From an uncultured Synergistales bacterium (lineage in GTDB: Bacteria; Synergistota; Synergistia; Synergistales; Aminobacteriaceae): 38,201 bases of DNA. A program made the position numbers and the translations under genes. The stretch lies in assembly GCA_937897575.1 (NCBI GenBank), contig CALCQG010000091.1, forward strand, positions 1-38,201, written 5' to 3'. The notes beneath the pieces were generated by a model. It searched no databases. It was not told the origin of the DNA and saw only the letters and a program-made list of their open reading frames with translations. This document shows, piece after piece, positions 26,745 through 36,702 of the stretch (the stretch's first letter is position 1; each line of letters begins with the position of its first letter).

Positions 26745-27225
26745 ATCCCGATGGTGCGCGATGTCCGGCGCCGTTTTGTCTAATGCCGCTGCTGCTTCGC
26801 GTCCGAAAGGGCGAAGAGGCTCGAGTTCTGTGAACACATCAAGAAAATAACAGGGGAGAACTTTCGACGAAATCGCCACGACGATCGGTGCTGATGTGAC
26901 TGATGCTCTCGTGGCCGCCCTTCAGATCAGCAGATAAATACCCATTCGTCTCGACACGGTCGATGAACTCCTGAACGCCCTCGTGCCAAGCATCTCAAAG
27001 GGGCGTTCTTTTATAAATACACAAACACATGCGTTCCGACTCGTGCAACGCTTCCACCAAGGAAAGAATCAAATAGAGTGGTTGTCATCGACGTGTCACG
27101 GTTATTGCGCTTCCGGAAGTTTCAAGTATTCCTCCAGAGCTGTCCGTGGCGAACTCTTCCCTCGCAAAGGAAAAGGGACAGGCCGGGCCTTCTGTGATAG
27201 TATCCTGGCAAAAGGAGGCGCTTTG

Positions 27226-27873
27226 ATGTCGCTGGCATGGAACGCGGAACGGGAACAGGTGGCTTCTTTCATGCGACGGCTCTACGCCCGGGGGCTTACG
27301 ACCTCCACGGGAGGAAACGTGAGCCTGCGAACCTCTGATGTGGTGGCCATCACGCCCTCGGGGACGGACAAGGAGAGCATCCGCTCCGAGGACGTGGCCA
27401 TTCTAACCCTGGAGGGGGAGAATCTGACGCCCCAGATCCGGGTGAGCATGGAGGCGGGCATGCATCTCGCCGTGTACCGGGCCAGAGAGGACGTGCGCGC
27501 CGTGGTGCACGCCCACCCGACGACGGCGTCGGCCTTCGCCGCCCTGGACTGTCCGATCGACACGACGCTGACGGCGGAGTGCTGGCTTCTTCTCGGCCGT
27601 CCGGTGAAGGCGCCCTATGCCCTCATGGGCACCGCCGCTCTGGCGGAGGAGGTCGCCCGGGCCGTGCGGTCCGGCGACGCCGTCCTCATGGAGAATCATG
27701 GGGCCCTCACCGTGGGGCGGTCCCTGCTCGAGGCCTTCGACCGCCTGGAGGTGCTCGAGGCGGCGGCAAAGATGACCTGGGTCGCCGCCACCCTCGGGGG
27801 GAGTTGCCCTCTGTCCGCGGAACGGTTGGACGAGATAGGACGGGTCTTCCCAAAAAAGGGGCCGCGTTCGTGA
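27226..27873 (+). CDS. Class II aldolase/adducin family protein (FucA-like)
   Basis: Motifs GGNVS.R, ITPSG, S.E..MH..VY, AVVHAHP and LMENHGALTVG. RBS AAGGAGG. Confidence 0.88.
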   Translation: MSLAWNAEREQVASFMRRLYARGLTTSTGGNVSLRTSDVVAITPSGTDKESIRSEDVAILTLEGENLTPQIRVSMEAGMHLAVYRAREDVRAVVHAHPTTASAFAALDCPIDTTLTAECWLLLGRPVKAPYALMGTAALAEEVARAVRSGDAVLMENHGALTVGRSLLEAFDRLEVLEAAAKMTWVAATLGGSCPLSAERLDEIGRVFPKKGPRS

Positions 27874-27914
27874 TGCCCTCGAAGAACTTCGCCCGTCGGG
27901 ACGGTGCCTGAGTC

Positions 27915-29294
27915 ATGTTCATGCTGTCGGCCGGGGCGGTCCTCGCCCTCTTCATCGTCTTCACCGTCGGTGCGTCGCGGGGCGTGTCGTCGTCATCGGA
28001 CTACGCCGTCGCCGGGCGGAGGGCCACAGGCCGCTCCGTGGCTGGGACCATCATGGGCGCCCTCGTGGGTGGTGGGGCGACGGTGGGGACGGTCCAGATG
28101 GCCTACCAGTGGGGCGTCTCGGGCATCTGGTTCACTCTGGGCAGCAGCGTCGCCTGTCTCGTTCTGGGGCTTTGGTTCGTGGGGCCCCTTCGCTCCGTGG
28201 AACTCGTCACTCTGCCCCAGTTCCTGGGAAAGGAGTTCGGGCGGACGACGGCCTTCCTTGTGGCCCTCTCCACGTCCCTGGGGTCCTTCCTTTCAGTCGT
28301 AGCCCAGTTCCTCTCGGGCGTGGCCCTCATGCGGTCCGTGTTCCCCGTCTCGGCGAACGTGGGCGCTCTGCTCGTCGGAGTCCTGATCGTGACCTTCGTC
28401 TTTCTCGGCGGCATCAAGAGCTTCAGCAGACTCGGCATGTGGAAGATCGCCTTCCTCTACGCCGTCATGATCCTCTGCATCGTGATGGTGGTCGCAAAGG
28501 GCTGGACGCCGTGGAAGATCGCCTCGGCCCTCCCCGCGGAGCCCTATTTCAACCCCCTCGCGAGGGGGCCGGCGAAGGACCTCGGAGCCCTGGGGTCCCT
28601 CGTTCTGGGCGTCCTCTGCGGGCAGATCTACATCCAGGCCGTCTACACCGCCGCGAATGACCGCGAGGCCCGGAAGGGGTGCCTGTGGGCGTCCCTGCTC
28701 ATCCCTCCCATGGGGTTTTTGGGCGTGTGGCTGGGGCTCTTCATGCGGGCGTCGGGCGTCGTCGTCCAGGCCGATCAGGCCCTGCCCCATTTCATACGAT
28801 CCACCTTCCACCCCCTTGTCGGCGGCGTGCTGTGGTCGGGCATCCTCATCGCCGTCCTCGGGACGGCCGTGGGGTTATCCCTCGGCGTGGCCACGAACAT
28901 GACGAGGGATATCGTCCTTCCGCTGCGACGGGACGCCGCGACCATGACGGACAGAAAGATTCTCTCCATCAGCCGTCTGGCCGTGGTCCTCGTCGTCCTC
29001 GGTGCGGGGCTCGCCGCCAGGGCGGCGGGGAGCTCCATGATCCTCCAGTGGGCCTATCTTGCCATGGGCATCAAGGCCTCGGGCATCTTCGTAATCCTGC
29101 TCGCGGCCGTGACATGGCCCGGCCGGCTCCCGGGACTTTGGAGCGCCCTCTCCGTCCTGGGCGGTTTGGTCGGCGTTCTCCTGGGAGCGCTCTTTCTGAA
29201 GGGCGTGGACCCTCTCTTCCCAGGTGTTCTGCTCTCCGCAGCCGTTGCCGCGGCAGGAGGAGCGATGGGCATGAGAAAGAACGGGTTGCAGTGA
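27915..29294 (+). CDS. Sodium:solute symporter family protein
   Basis: Multiple TM helices, DYAVAGR, GALVGG..TVGT.Q.AY..G.SG.WF and TLPQFL...FG. Confidence 0.85.
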   Translation: MFMLSAGAVLALFIVFTVGASRGVSSSSDYAVAGRRATGRSVAGTIMGALVGGGATVGTVQMAYQWGVSGIWFTLGSSVACLVLGLWFVGPLRSVELVTLPQFLGKEFGRTTAFLVALSTSLGSFLSVVAQFLSGVALMRSVFPVSANVGALLVGVLIVTFVFLGGIKSFSRLGMWKIAFLYAVMILCIVMVVAKGWTPWKIASALPAEPYFNPLARGPAKDLGALGSLVLGVLCGQIYIQAVYTAANDREARKGCLWASLLIPPMGFLGVWLGLFMRASGVVVQADQALPHFIRSTFHPLVGGVLWSGILIAVLGTAVGLSLGVATNMTRDIVLPLRRDAATMTDRKILSISRLAVVLVVLGAGLAARAAGSSMILQWAYLAMGIKASGIFVILLAAVTWPGRLPGLWSALSVLGGLVGVLLGALFLKGVDPLFPGVLLSAAVAAAGGAMGMRKNGLQ

Positions 29295-29778
29295 CCTGGA
29301 GGCATAGGATGACGAACTTGGTCGTCTCTGACAACGAAGACTGTCATCGAGGCTGTCGCACTTGTACGGACAATGTCCGGAGTCTTCGCAAGCGACTTCG
29401 GGACAGTGGAGAGCCCGAGCGATCTTGACACTGTCCCGGCGGAGCGGGATAAAGACGGCTTGACCATGAGTTGAAATCGGTGACCCCCGCTCAGTATGAA
29501 GTGTCTCGCGATCTCACGACGATGGTGGAGTGAAGGGGAGAGTTCCGGAATATATCGAGCTGCGGGAAGGCGTCGTCTGGATTGATAAATTCGGGCGACG
29601 TCGAACCGTGTATGGATACGAAGAGCGCCGAACATGCCGGCACCCTCTGCGCATAGTTCAGCAAAATACCCTATTTGACAGAGAGGGTCTCATGATATAA
29701 AAGGAGGGCACCCAAAATCTCGAGCCCTCTCTGGCGTCCATGGAACCGCGAGTCGGCGGGCTCTGCAAAGGAAACCAC

Positions 29779-30942
29779 ATGATCTCACGTATTTTTCTCC
29801 TGTTCTCCTCGGTCTTCGCCCTCGCGTATATGGGCATGCACCTCTACGTCTACCTGAAGGTCCGGAGGGCCTTCGGGCTTCGGTGGCCTTGGGCCGTCCT
29901 GTTCGCCCTCTTCTCCGCCGCAATGATGGCCGGGGCGCGGATGCTCTGGCTCGTGGACTTCGGGGACGCCGTGGTGCTCCGGAAGGTTCTCTCCTACATC
30001 TGTTACCTCTGGATGGCCTACCTTCTCATCCTCTGCACGCTCTTCCTCGCCTTGGACATCCTGCGCCTCGTCCTGGCAATAGCGGACCGTCTTTTTTCGG
30101 TCCGCGCGGCGCGCCTTCTCGCCTCTTCGCGTCTCAGGGTCCTGGTTGCCCTTAGCGGAGCCTTCGCCCTGTGCCTCTACGGGGCCTTCGAGGCCCAGTG
30201 GTACAGGACATCCCGCGTCGAGCTCCGGACGGCCCTGCTGCCCGCCGGGGTGGAGCACCTCCGGATCGCCCATCTGTCGGACGTGCACCTCGGGTGGCTC
30301 ATCCAGGAGCGGCAGCTCGACGCCATGCTGGACGCAGTCCGGGCTGCGGAGCCCCATATGCTCGTGATCACGGGCGATCTTGTGGACGGGGAGATGGAGG
30401 CGAGGGAGGCCGAGGTCGAGCTCTTCCGGAGCCTGAACCTGCCCTATGGGGTCTATGCCGTGACGGGCAATCACGAGTACCATGCCGGCATCGGGCAGGC
30501 CCTTGCCTTTTTCGAGCGCTCGGGCATCCGGGTGCTTCGGAATGAGGCCCTGGAGGTGGGCGGCATTACCCTCGCCGGGGTGGACGACCGGTCCGCCCGG
30601 CGGTACGGAGGCGCCGCCGCAGGGGGCGAGGAGCAGCTGCTCGCCTCTCTTTCTCCCCACCGGTTCGCCGTCCTGCTGAAACACCAGCCGACGGTGGAGC
30701 CCTCCTCCGTCGGGCAGTTCGACCTTCAGCTTTCGGGGCACACCCACCGGGGGCAGATCTGGCCCTTCTACTGGGCGACACGCCTTGTCTACGACTACCG
30801 GCCCGGCCTTCGGACCGTCGGGGCCCCGAACCAGGGGAGAACAAGCAGGGTCTACGTGAGCAACGGGACGGGGACCTGGGGCCCCCCCGTTCGATTCCTG
30901 GCCCGGCCCGAGGTGGTCCTGGTCGATATCGTCCGGGAGTGA
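29779..30942 (+). CDS. Membrane-anchored metallophosphoesterase (YkuE-like)
   Basis: N-terminal TM helices, SDVHLG, TGDLVD, GNHE, LKHQP, SGHTH.GQ and GTGTWGPP.R. Confidence 0.9.
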   Translation: MISRIFLLFSSVFALAYMGMHLYVYLKVRRAFGLRWPWAVLFALFSAAMMAGARMLWLVDFGDAVVLRKVLSYICYLWMAYLLILCTLFLALDILRLVLAIADRLFSVRAARLLASSRLRVLVALSGAFALCLYGAFEAQWYRTSRVELRTALLPAGVEHLRIAHLSDVHLGWLIQERQLDAMLDAVRAAEPHMLVITGDLVDGEMEAREAEVELFRSLNLPYGVYAVTGNHEYHAGIGQALAFFERSGIRVLRNEALEVGGITLAGVDDRSARRYGGAAAGGEEQLLASLSPHRFAVLLKHQPTVEPSSVGQFDLQLSGHTHRGQIWPFYWATRLVYDYRPGLRTVGAPNQGRTSRVYVSNGTGTWGPPVRFLARPEVVLVDIVRE

Positions 30943-30948
30943 CGGCCT

Positions 30949-31659
30949 TTACGGGTACAGAATCGCGAGGCAGGCGTCGCAGAGGGCCGACAGGCTCGAC
31001 ACCGTCCGATCCTGAGGCAGCCCCGAGGCGTCGTAGGCGAGGGGCAGCTCGGTGCACGCCGCGCAGATCGGGATGTCCCGGACGGTCCAAAGCCGCTCTA
31101 CAAGGGGCCTGAGCAGTACCCCTCCGTCGTCGCTCCGCCCCGCCTTGACGAGCTCGATGCTCTCCTGCACGGTCCTCTGGTCCTCCGGCGAGGGGGTGAA
31201 GAGGGGGTACCCCCTCTTTTCGGCATACTTCTGGTAGAGGCCGCTCTCCATGGTCCCCCTGGTGGCGAGGAGCCAGGCGCCCTTTGGTTCGATGGCCACG
31301 GCTGCAGCCACGGTCTCCTCGATGATGTGCACCAGCGGGACGGGCAGGCGGTCCCGAAAGCGATCGATGAAGAAGTGCGCCGTGTTGCAGGGGACGGCGA
31401 GAAGCTCGGCCCCCCATCGGACGAGGGTGAGCAGGCGTTCCTCGAGGACGACCGTCGGATCCTCGCCGACGCCGAGTATCGCCCGCGATCGGTCGGGGAC
31501 CGTGGGGTCGGAGAGCAGATAGGTCACGGGGTGTTCCTGATCCGTTGCGGCGGGCGCCCGAAGGGCGAGCAGCCGGAGGAACTCCGCCGCCGCCGCCGGC
31601 CCCATGCCGCCGAGGACGCCGAGGATTTTCGCCGGTCTTTTGTGTGAAGAGGACTTCAT
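30949..31659 (-). CDS. Aspartate/glutamate racemase family protein
   Basis: Motifs LGVLGGMGP.A, PDRS, and the two catalytic cysteines in PCNTAH and ACTELP. Confidence 0.9.
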   Translation of the reverse strand: MKSSSHKRPAKILGVLGGMGPAAAAEFLRLLALRAPAATDQEHPVTYLLSDPTVPDRSRAILGVGEDPTVVLEERLLTLVRWGAELLAVPCNTAHFFIDRFRDRLPVPLVHIIEETVAAAVAIEPKGAWLLATRGTMESGLYQKYAEKRGYPLFTPSPEDQRTVQESIELVKAGRSDDGGVLLRPLVERLWTVRDIPICAACTELPLAYDASGLPQDRTVSSLSALCDACLAILYP

Positions 31660-31733
31660 GGTCGATGGCACCTCCTGGATGTACTGTCGTAGCGCCATTA
31701 TATCCCTTCCGGGAGAAGCGTACCGAATCTTCT

Positions 31734-31799
31734 CGTAATATATCTGTTACATTCCTTTTACCTTGATTTGTAACAGCTGTTACATAGACCTTCTATACT
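31734..31799 (+). promoter_or_regulatory. Putative Pho-box array and -10 element of the pst promoter
   Basis: TGTTACA at 31745 and 31778 (33 bp apart), TTTTACC at 31756, palindrome TGTAACAGCTGTTACA at 31769-31784 and TATACT at 31794-31799 with no canonical -35. Confidence 0.55.
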
Positions 31800-31848
31800 C
31801 ACGGTGTATCCCCAATAAAGAGGATAACACCCAAGGAGGTTGTGCGGA

Positions 31849-32667
31849 ATGAAAAAATTTGCGGTGGTTCTTGCGGCAGCGAGTGTACTGGCTTTCTCCG
31901 GCATGGCGTTTGCCGCGGAGATCGTCATGAACGGGTCCACCACGGTTCTTCCCATCGCCCAGTCGGCGGCGGAGAAGTACATGGCGGCGAACCCCGAGGC
32001 GAAGATCAGCGTGTCGGGCGGCGGCAGCGGCAACGGGATCAAGGCCATCATCGACGGGACGACGGACATCGCCAACGCCTCCCGGTTCATCAAGACGGAC
32101 GAAGTGAAGGCGGCCGTCGAAAAGGGCGTGTACCCCGTGCCCTTCGCAGTGGCCATGGATGCCCTCCTTCCCATCGTGCACCCCGAGAACCCCGTGAGCG
32201 ACCTCTCCATCGAGCAGCTTCAGGGCATCTACACAGGCAAGATCGCCAACTGGAAAGAGGTTGGCGGTGAGGACAAACCCATCGCGGTCGTGGGACGGGA
32301 TACGAGCTCCGGCACCTACGAGACGTGGAACGAGTTCATCCTGAAGAAGGAGCGCGTGACCCCGAAGGCCCTCATCGTCGCCTCCTCGGGCGCCATGCTC
32401 ACCACCGTCGCCCAGAACAAGAACGCCATCGGCTACGACGGCATCGGCTACGTGAACAAGACCGTGAAGGCCCTCAAGGTCGGCGGCAAGACCGGCTCCG
32501 CGGAGACGGCGATCGACGGCACGTACCCCCTGTCCCGCTCGCTCTACATGTTCACGAAGGGCTGGCCGACGGGCGAAGTGATGAAGTTCCTCAACTACCT
32601 GCTCAGCGATGACGGACAGAAGATCGTGGCCGAGACGGGGTTCGTTCCCCTTCGGATTCTGAAGTAA
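31849..32667 (+). CDS. pstS: Phosphate ABC transporter substrate-binding protein
   Basis: Signal peptide, GSTTVLP, GGGSGNG, ANASR, GRDTSSGT and YPLSRSLY. Confidence 0.93.
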   Translation: MKKFAVVLAAASVLAFSGMAFAAEIVMNGSTTVLPIAQSAAEKYMAANPEAKISVSGGGSGNGIKAIIDGTTDIANASRFIKTDEVKAAVEKGVYPVPFAVAMDALLPIVHPENPVSDLSIEQLQGIYTGKIANWKEVGGEDKPIAVVGRDTSSGTYETWNEFILKKERVTPKALIVASSGAMLTTVAQNKNAIGYDGIGYVNKTVKALKVGGKTGSAETAIDGTYPLSRSLYMFTKGWPTGEVMKFLNYLLSDDGQKIVAETGFVPLRILK

Positions 32668-32709
32668 GAGCGTATAATCGAGAGATTGAGAACTTCGGGC
32701 ACGACGACT

Positions 32710-32740
32710 TTTCCCCCTCTCCCGTACGGGGAGGGGGAAA
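32710..32740 (+). other. pstS-pstC intercistronic hairpin (mRNA stabiliser or partial terminator)
   Basis: TTTCCCCCTC-T-CCCG-TA-CGGG-GAGGGGGAAA. Confidence 0.45.
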
Positions 32741-32799
32741 GGTCATTCGCACAGGATAACAATAAAGAACCGACAGGACCGAAGGGGAGAGGACTCCGC

Positions 32800-33663
32800 A
32801 TGAAGGACGCCCTGCCAGGGATCATAATCAAGGCCATTTCCAGCCTCGGTATTCTTATCATGGTGTTCATCCTGTACTTTCTCTTCCGGGAGGGGCTGCC
32901 CGTGCTTCGGACGGTGACGCTGAAGGATATCTTCCTGGGCCAGTTCTGGTACCCCGTCGAGGAACCGCCCACGCTCGGAATGTTCCCCCTGATCATGGGA
33001 ACGCTGGCCGTCACGGCCCTCTCGTCGGCCATCGCCCTTCCCTTCAGCCTCCTCATCGCGCTGTTCGTGGCGGAGGTGGCCCCCCGTCGCGTGCGGGAGT
33101 TCATGAAGCCGGTGCTTGAAATCATGGGGTTCTTCCCCTCCATCGTCCTGGGGTTCATCGGCATGGTGGTCCTGGCCCCCTGGCTCCAGAACCGCTTCGA
33201 CATGCTGTCGGGCCTGAACATGCTGAACGCGTCGGTGCTGCTCGCCGTGCTCATCGTCCCGACAGTGAGCTCCCTGACCGAGGAGGCCCTGAGCTCGGTG
33301 CCCCGCGACATTCGGGACGCCTCCTACGCCCTGGGCGCCACGCGGTGGGAGACCACGAGCAAGGTGGTCATCCCCTCGGCGCTGCCCGGTATTCTGAGCG
33401 CGTCGCTTCTCGGCGTCATGCGGGGCATGGGCGAGACCATGGTCGTGCTCATGGCCGCGGGCGGAGCGGCCATCATCCCCATGTCCATCTTCGACCCCGT
33501 CCGCCCGCTCACGTCCACCATCGCCGCCGAGATGGGGGAGACGCCCGTGGGCTCGGCCCACTACGCGGCCCTCTTCTTCGGGGGCGTCATCCTGCTCGTG
33601 CTGACCCTGGGGATCAACCTCCTCTCGGCCTGGATCGAGAAGAAGGGGGCGTTCCGGAAATGA
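32800..33663 (+). CDS. pstC: Phosphate ABC transporter permease PstC
   Basis: Motifs PLIMGTL, PSIVLG, ASYALGATRWET, RGMGETM.V and TSTIAAEMGE. Confidence 0.92.
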   Translation: MKDALPGIIIKAISSLGILIMVFILYFLFREGLPVLRTVTLKDIFLGQFWYPVEEPPTLGMFPLIMGTLAVTALSSAIALPFSLLIALFVAEVAPRRVREFMKPVLEIMGFFPSIVLGFIGMVVLAPWLQNRFDMLSGLNMLNASVLLAVLIVPTVSSLTEEALSSVPRDIRDASYALGATRWETTSKVVIPSALPGILSASLLGVMRGMGETMVVLMAAGGAAIIPMSIFDPVRPLTSTIAAEMGETPVGSAHYAALFFGGVILLVLTLGINLLSAWIEKKGAFRK

Positions 33664-34517
33664 TCGATCGCAGACGGATTCTGGACCACACGATGACGCT
33701 CCTCGCGTGGCTGTCGGCGGCGGCGATGCTTCTGCTCGTGGCCTCCATGATAGGGTACGTGGTGGCACGGGGGTACAGCGCCCTCTCCATCGACTTCCTG
33801 ATCGAGCCGCCCCGGGACAGCATGACGAAGGGCGGCATCATGACGCCCCTCATCGGGACGATCCAGCTCGTCTTCTTCGCCATGCTCTTCGCCATCCCCG
33901 TGGGCGTCGCGACGGGGCTCTACTTCGCCGAGTACGCCCGGAACGACGGCTTCACGGCCGTCCTCCGCCTGGCCATCCGGTGCCTTGCGGGCGTGCCCTC
34001 CGTCGTCTTCGGCCTCTTCGGACTCTCGCTCTTCGTCATCCTGCTGCGGCTCGGATCGTCCCTGCTGTCGGCCTCCCTGACCCTGGCGTGCCTCACCCTG
34101 CCCCTCATCGTCACGGCCTCGGAGCAGGCCTTCCTCGCCGTGCCCGAGGACTACCGGTTCGCCTCCTACGCCCTCGGGGCGTCGAAGTGGCAGACCATCT
34201 GGAAGGTGATCCTTCCGACGGCGTCCCCCACGGTCATCACGGGCATCATCCTGAGCGTCGGGCGGGTGGCGGGCGAGACGGCTCCGATCATGTTCACCGG
34301 CGCGGCGTTCTTCACGCCGGGGATCGCCAGGAGCATCTTCTCCGAGGTCATGGCGCTGCCGTACCACATCTATGTCCTGGCCACGGCCGGGACCGCCATC
34401 GAGGAGACGAGGCACATCCAGTACGGGACCGTGCTCGTCCTGCTTTTGATGGTTCTGGGCATCTGTTCCGTGGGCATCTACATGCGGTCGAGGCTGCGCC
34501 GCCGGCTTCGCGCGTAA
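33660..34517 (+). CDS. pstA: Phosphate ABC transporter permease PstA
   Basis: Motifs GGI...[26 protein letters not shown] and [13 protein letters not shown] overlap with pstC. Confidence 0.92.
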   Translation: MIDRRRILDHTMTLLAWLSAAAMLLLVASMIGYVVARGYSALSIDFLIEPPRDSMTKGGIMTPLIGTIQLVFFAMLFAIPVGVATGLYFAEYARNDGFTAVLRLAIRCLAGVPSVVFGLFGLSLFVILLRLGSSLLSASLTLACLTLPLIVTASEQAFLAVPEDYRFASYALGASKWQTIWKVILPTASPTVITGIILSVGRVAGETAPIMFTGAAFFTPGIARSIFSEVMALPYHIYVLATAGTAIEETRHIQYGTVLVLLLMVLGICSVGIYMRSRLRRRLRA

Positions 34518-34527
34518 TGGGGAGGGC

Positions 34528-35289
34528 ATGATGGAAAGAGTGCAGATCAGCACGAAGAAGTTGGATCTCTATTACGGCAGCGCCCATGTGCTCAAGGACG
34601 TGACCTTCGACATCTACGAGAAGACGGTCACGGCCTTCATCGGCCCGTCGGGCTGCGGGAAGAGCAGCTACATCCGATGCATCAACAGGATGAACGACTT
34701 CATCCCCAGCGCCAGGGTCGAGGGCGAGATCGTCATCGACGGCCAGAATATCTACGGGCCGAACGTGGACGTCATCGACCTTCGCCGCAATGTGGGCATG
34801 GTGTTCCAGAAGCCGAACCCCTTCCCCATGTCGGTGTACGACAACGTGGCCTACGGACCGAGGCTCCACGGCGTTCGCGGCAAGGAGGAGCTGGACGGGA
34901 TCGTGAAGCGCAGCCTCATGGGGGCGGCCCTGTGGGACGAGGTGAAGGACAAGCTCTCCTCCCCCGGAACGGGGCTCTCGGGTGGGCAGCAGCAGCGGCT
35001 CTGCATCGCGCGGGCCATCGCCACGGAGCCGGAGATTCTCCTGATGGACGAGCCGACGAGCGCTCTGGACCCCATGTCCACGGCGCGAATCGAGGAACTG
35101 ATCCGTGATCTCAAGCAAAGCTACACGGTGGTCATCGTGACGCACAACATGCAGCAGGCGGCGCGCATCTCGGACCGCACGGCCTTTTTTCTTCTCGGCG
35201 ATCTAGTAGAATATGACAGTACACCGAAGATGTTCACGTCGCCGGAGGATAAACGCACCGAGGACTACATCACGGGACGATTCGGCTAG
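34528..35289 (+). CDS. pstB: Phosphate ABC transporter ATP-binding protein
   Basis: Motifs [47 protein letters not shown] and YITGRFG. Confidence 0.95.
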   Translation: MMERVQISTKKLDLYYGSAHVLKDVTFDIYEKTVTAFIGPSGCGKSSYIRCINRMNDFIPSARVEGEIVIDGQNIYGPNVDVIDLRRNVGMVFQKPNPFPMSVYDNVAYGPRLHGVRGKEELDGIVKRSLMGAALWDEVKDKLSSPGTGLSGGQQQRLCIARAIATEPEILLMDEPTSALDPMSTARIEELIRDLKQSYTVVIVTHNMQQAARISDRTAFFLLGDLVEYDSTPKMFTSPEDKRTEDYITGRFG

Positions 35290-35311
35290 AGCCGGTCAGG
35301 AGGCAGCGACC

Positions 35312-36001
35312 ATGGAGGGAATCAACACGAGAAAGCGGCTAGAAGCGGACCTCGCCGAACTGAAGCGGATGGTCCTCCGGCTCGGCAAGATGTCGGAGGA
35401 GGCCGTGGTCAAGGCTGTGTGGGCTCTGAAGCATCAGGACGCGAAGGTCGCCCAGATCGTCCTGGACAAGGACGACGATATCGATGCGCTGACGGGCGCC
35501 TTGGACAGCGCCTGCATGCACTTCACGGCGCGCTACCAGCCTCTGGGCGAGGATCTCCGGACCGTGACGTCCGTCATGCACATGGCCGTCGACCTGGAGC
35601 GGATCGGCGACTACGGCGGAAATATCGCCAAGGTGGCCATCGCCCTCGCCGATACGGAGCTCATAAAGCCCCTCATCGACATCCCGCGGATGGTGGAGGT
35701 CCTCTCGGTGATGATGGACAGGACGCTCTTCGCCTTCGACATAGGGGACGAGGACGCCGCGCGGGAGATCTTCGCGAAGGACGACGAGCTGGACGACCTC
35801 GAAAAGCAGATCATGAGGGAGCTGCTGATCCTCATGATGGAGGACCCGAAGCGGATCGAGCAGGCGAGCCAGCTCCTCAACGTGGCGAGGACCCTCGAGC
35901 GCGCCGGGGACCATATGACGAACGTGGCGGATCGGGTGCTCTACATCCTGACGGGCAAGACGGTGAAGGCGTCCGAGTTCCGCAGGCCGAAGGAGCGGTG
36001 A
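35312..36001 (+). CDS. phoU: Phosphate signalling protein PhoU
   Basis: Motifs QP...DLR, DLERIGD and ERAGDHMTNVA. Confidence 0.93.
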   Translation: MEGINTRKRLEADLAELKRMVLRLGKMSEEAVVKAVWALKHQDAKVAQIVLDKDDDIDALTGALDSACMHFTARYQPLGEDLRTVTSVMHMAVDLERIGDYGGNIAKVAIALADTELIKPLIDIPRMVEVLSVMMDRTLFAFDIGDEDAAREIFAKDDELDDLEKQIMRELLILMMEDPKRIEQASQLLNVARTLERAGDHMTNVADRVLYILTGKTVKASEFRRPKER

Positions 36002-36699
36002 GCGGCGTGGCGGGCCAGAGAATTCTCGTCGTGGAGGACGAAGAGGCTATTCTCGAGATCGTCTCCCAGGCCCTCCGCCGGAACGGATACGAGATCACCT
36101 CCGCCTCCGACGGGGACTCGGCCCTCGAGAAGGCCTTCGCCCTCCGGCCGGATCTGGTCATCCTGGACCTCATGCTGCCCAAGATGGACGGCTGGGAGGT
36201 CTGCCGGCGTCTTCGGGCCGACAAGGAGACGGCGGCCATCCCCATCCTCATGCTCACGGCGCGCCGGGACGAGAAGGACGTGGTGGAGGGGCTCGACATC
36301 GGAGCCGACGACTACATGAAGAAGCCCTTTTCCCTTGCCGAACTCACGGCCAGGGTCCGCGCCCTTCTGCGCCGGTCCTCGCCGACGGAGATCGGCATGG
36401 TGGTGGAGGAGGGGGATCTTCGAATCGAGATGGACGGCGAGACGGCCTTCCTGCGCGGCACGCCGCTGGACCTGAGCCCCACGGAGTTCCGCATCCTGGA
36501 CGCCCTGGCCAGGAAGATGGGGCGCACCGTCTCCCGGGAGGTCCTGCTCTCGAAGATATGGAGCTTTTACGGCGGGGACACGAGGACGGTGGACGTCCAC
36601 ATCTCCCGCCTCCGCAAGAAGCTGATCGACGGCAAGCGGCCGGAGCTGGCCATCAACTCGCTTCGGGGCAGGGGCTACCGTCTCGTCTGGGAAGAGTGA
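35998..36699 (+). CDS. phoB: OmpR/PhoB-family response regulator (PhoB/PhoP)
   Basis: Motifs ILVVEDE, ILDLMLP, MLTA, GADDY..KPF and RTVDVHISRLRKK. GTGA overlap with phoU. Confidence 0.88.
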   Translation: MSGVAGQRILVVEDEEAILEIVSQALRRNGYEITSASDGDSALEKAFALRPDLVILDLMLPKMDGWEVCRRLRADKETAAIPILMLTARRDEKDVVEGLDIGADDYMKKPFSLAELTARVRALLRRSSPTEIGMVVEEGDLRIEMDGETAFLRGTPLDLSPTEFRILDALARKMGRTVSREVLLSKIWSFYGGDTRTVDVHISRLRKKLIDGKRPELAINSLRGRGYRLVWEE

Positions 36700-36702
36700 G
36701 AC

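Noticed and set aside
29295..29680. Possible small gene or relic after the symporter (RBS-like GGAGG then ATG at ~29309)
   Set aside because: Frames are short, with atypical codon usage and no recognisable homology.
31774..31779. CAGCTG (PvuII site) at the centre of the pst promoter palindrome, suggesting epigenetic control by the island MTase
   Set aside because: The MTase specificity is unknown and CAGCTG occurs many times in the window, so coincidence is likely.
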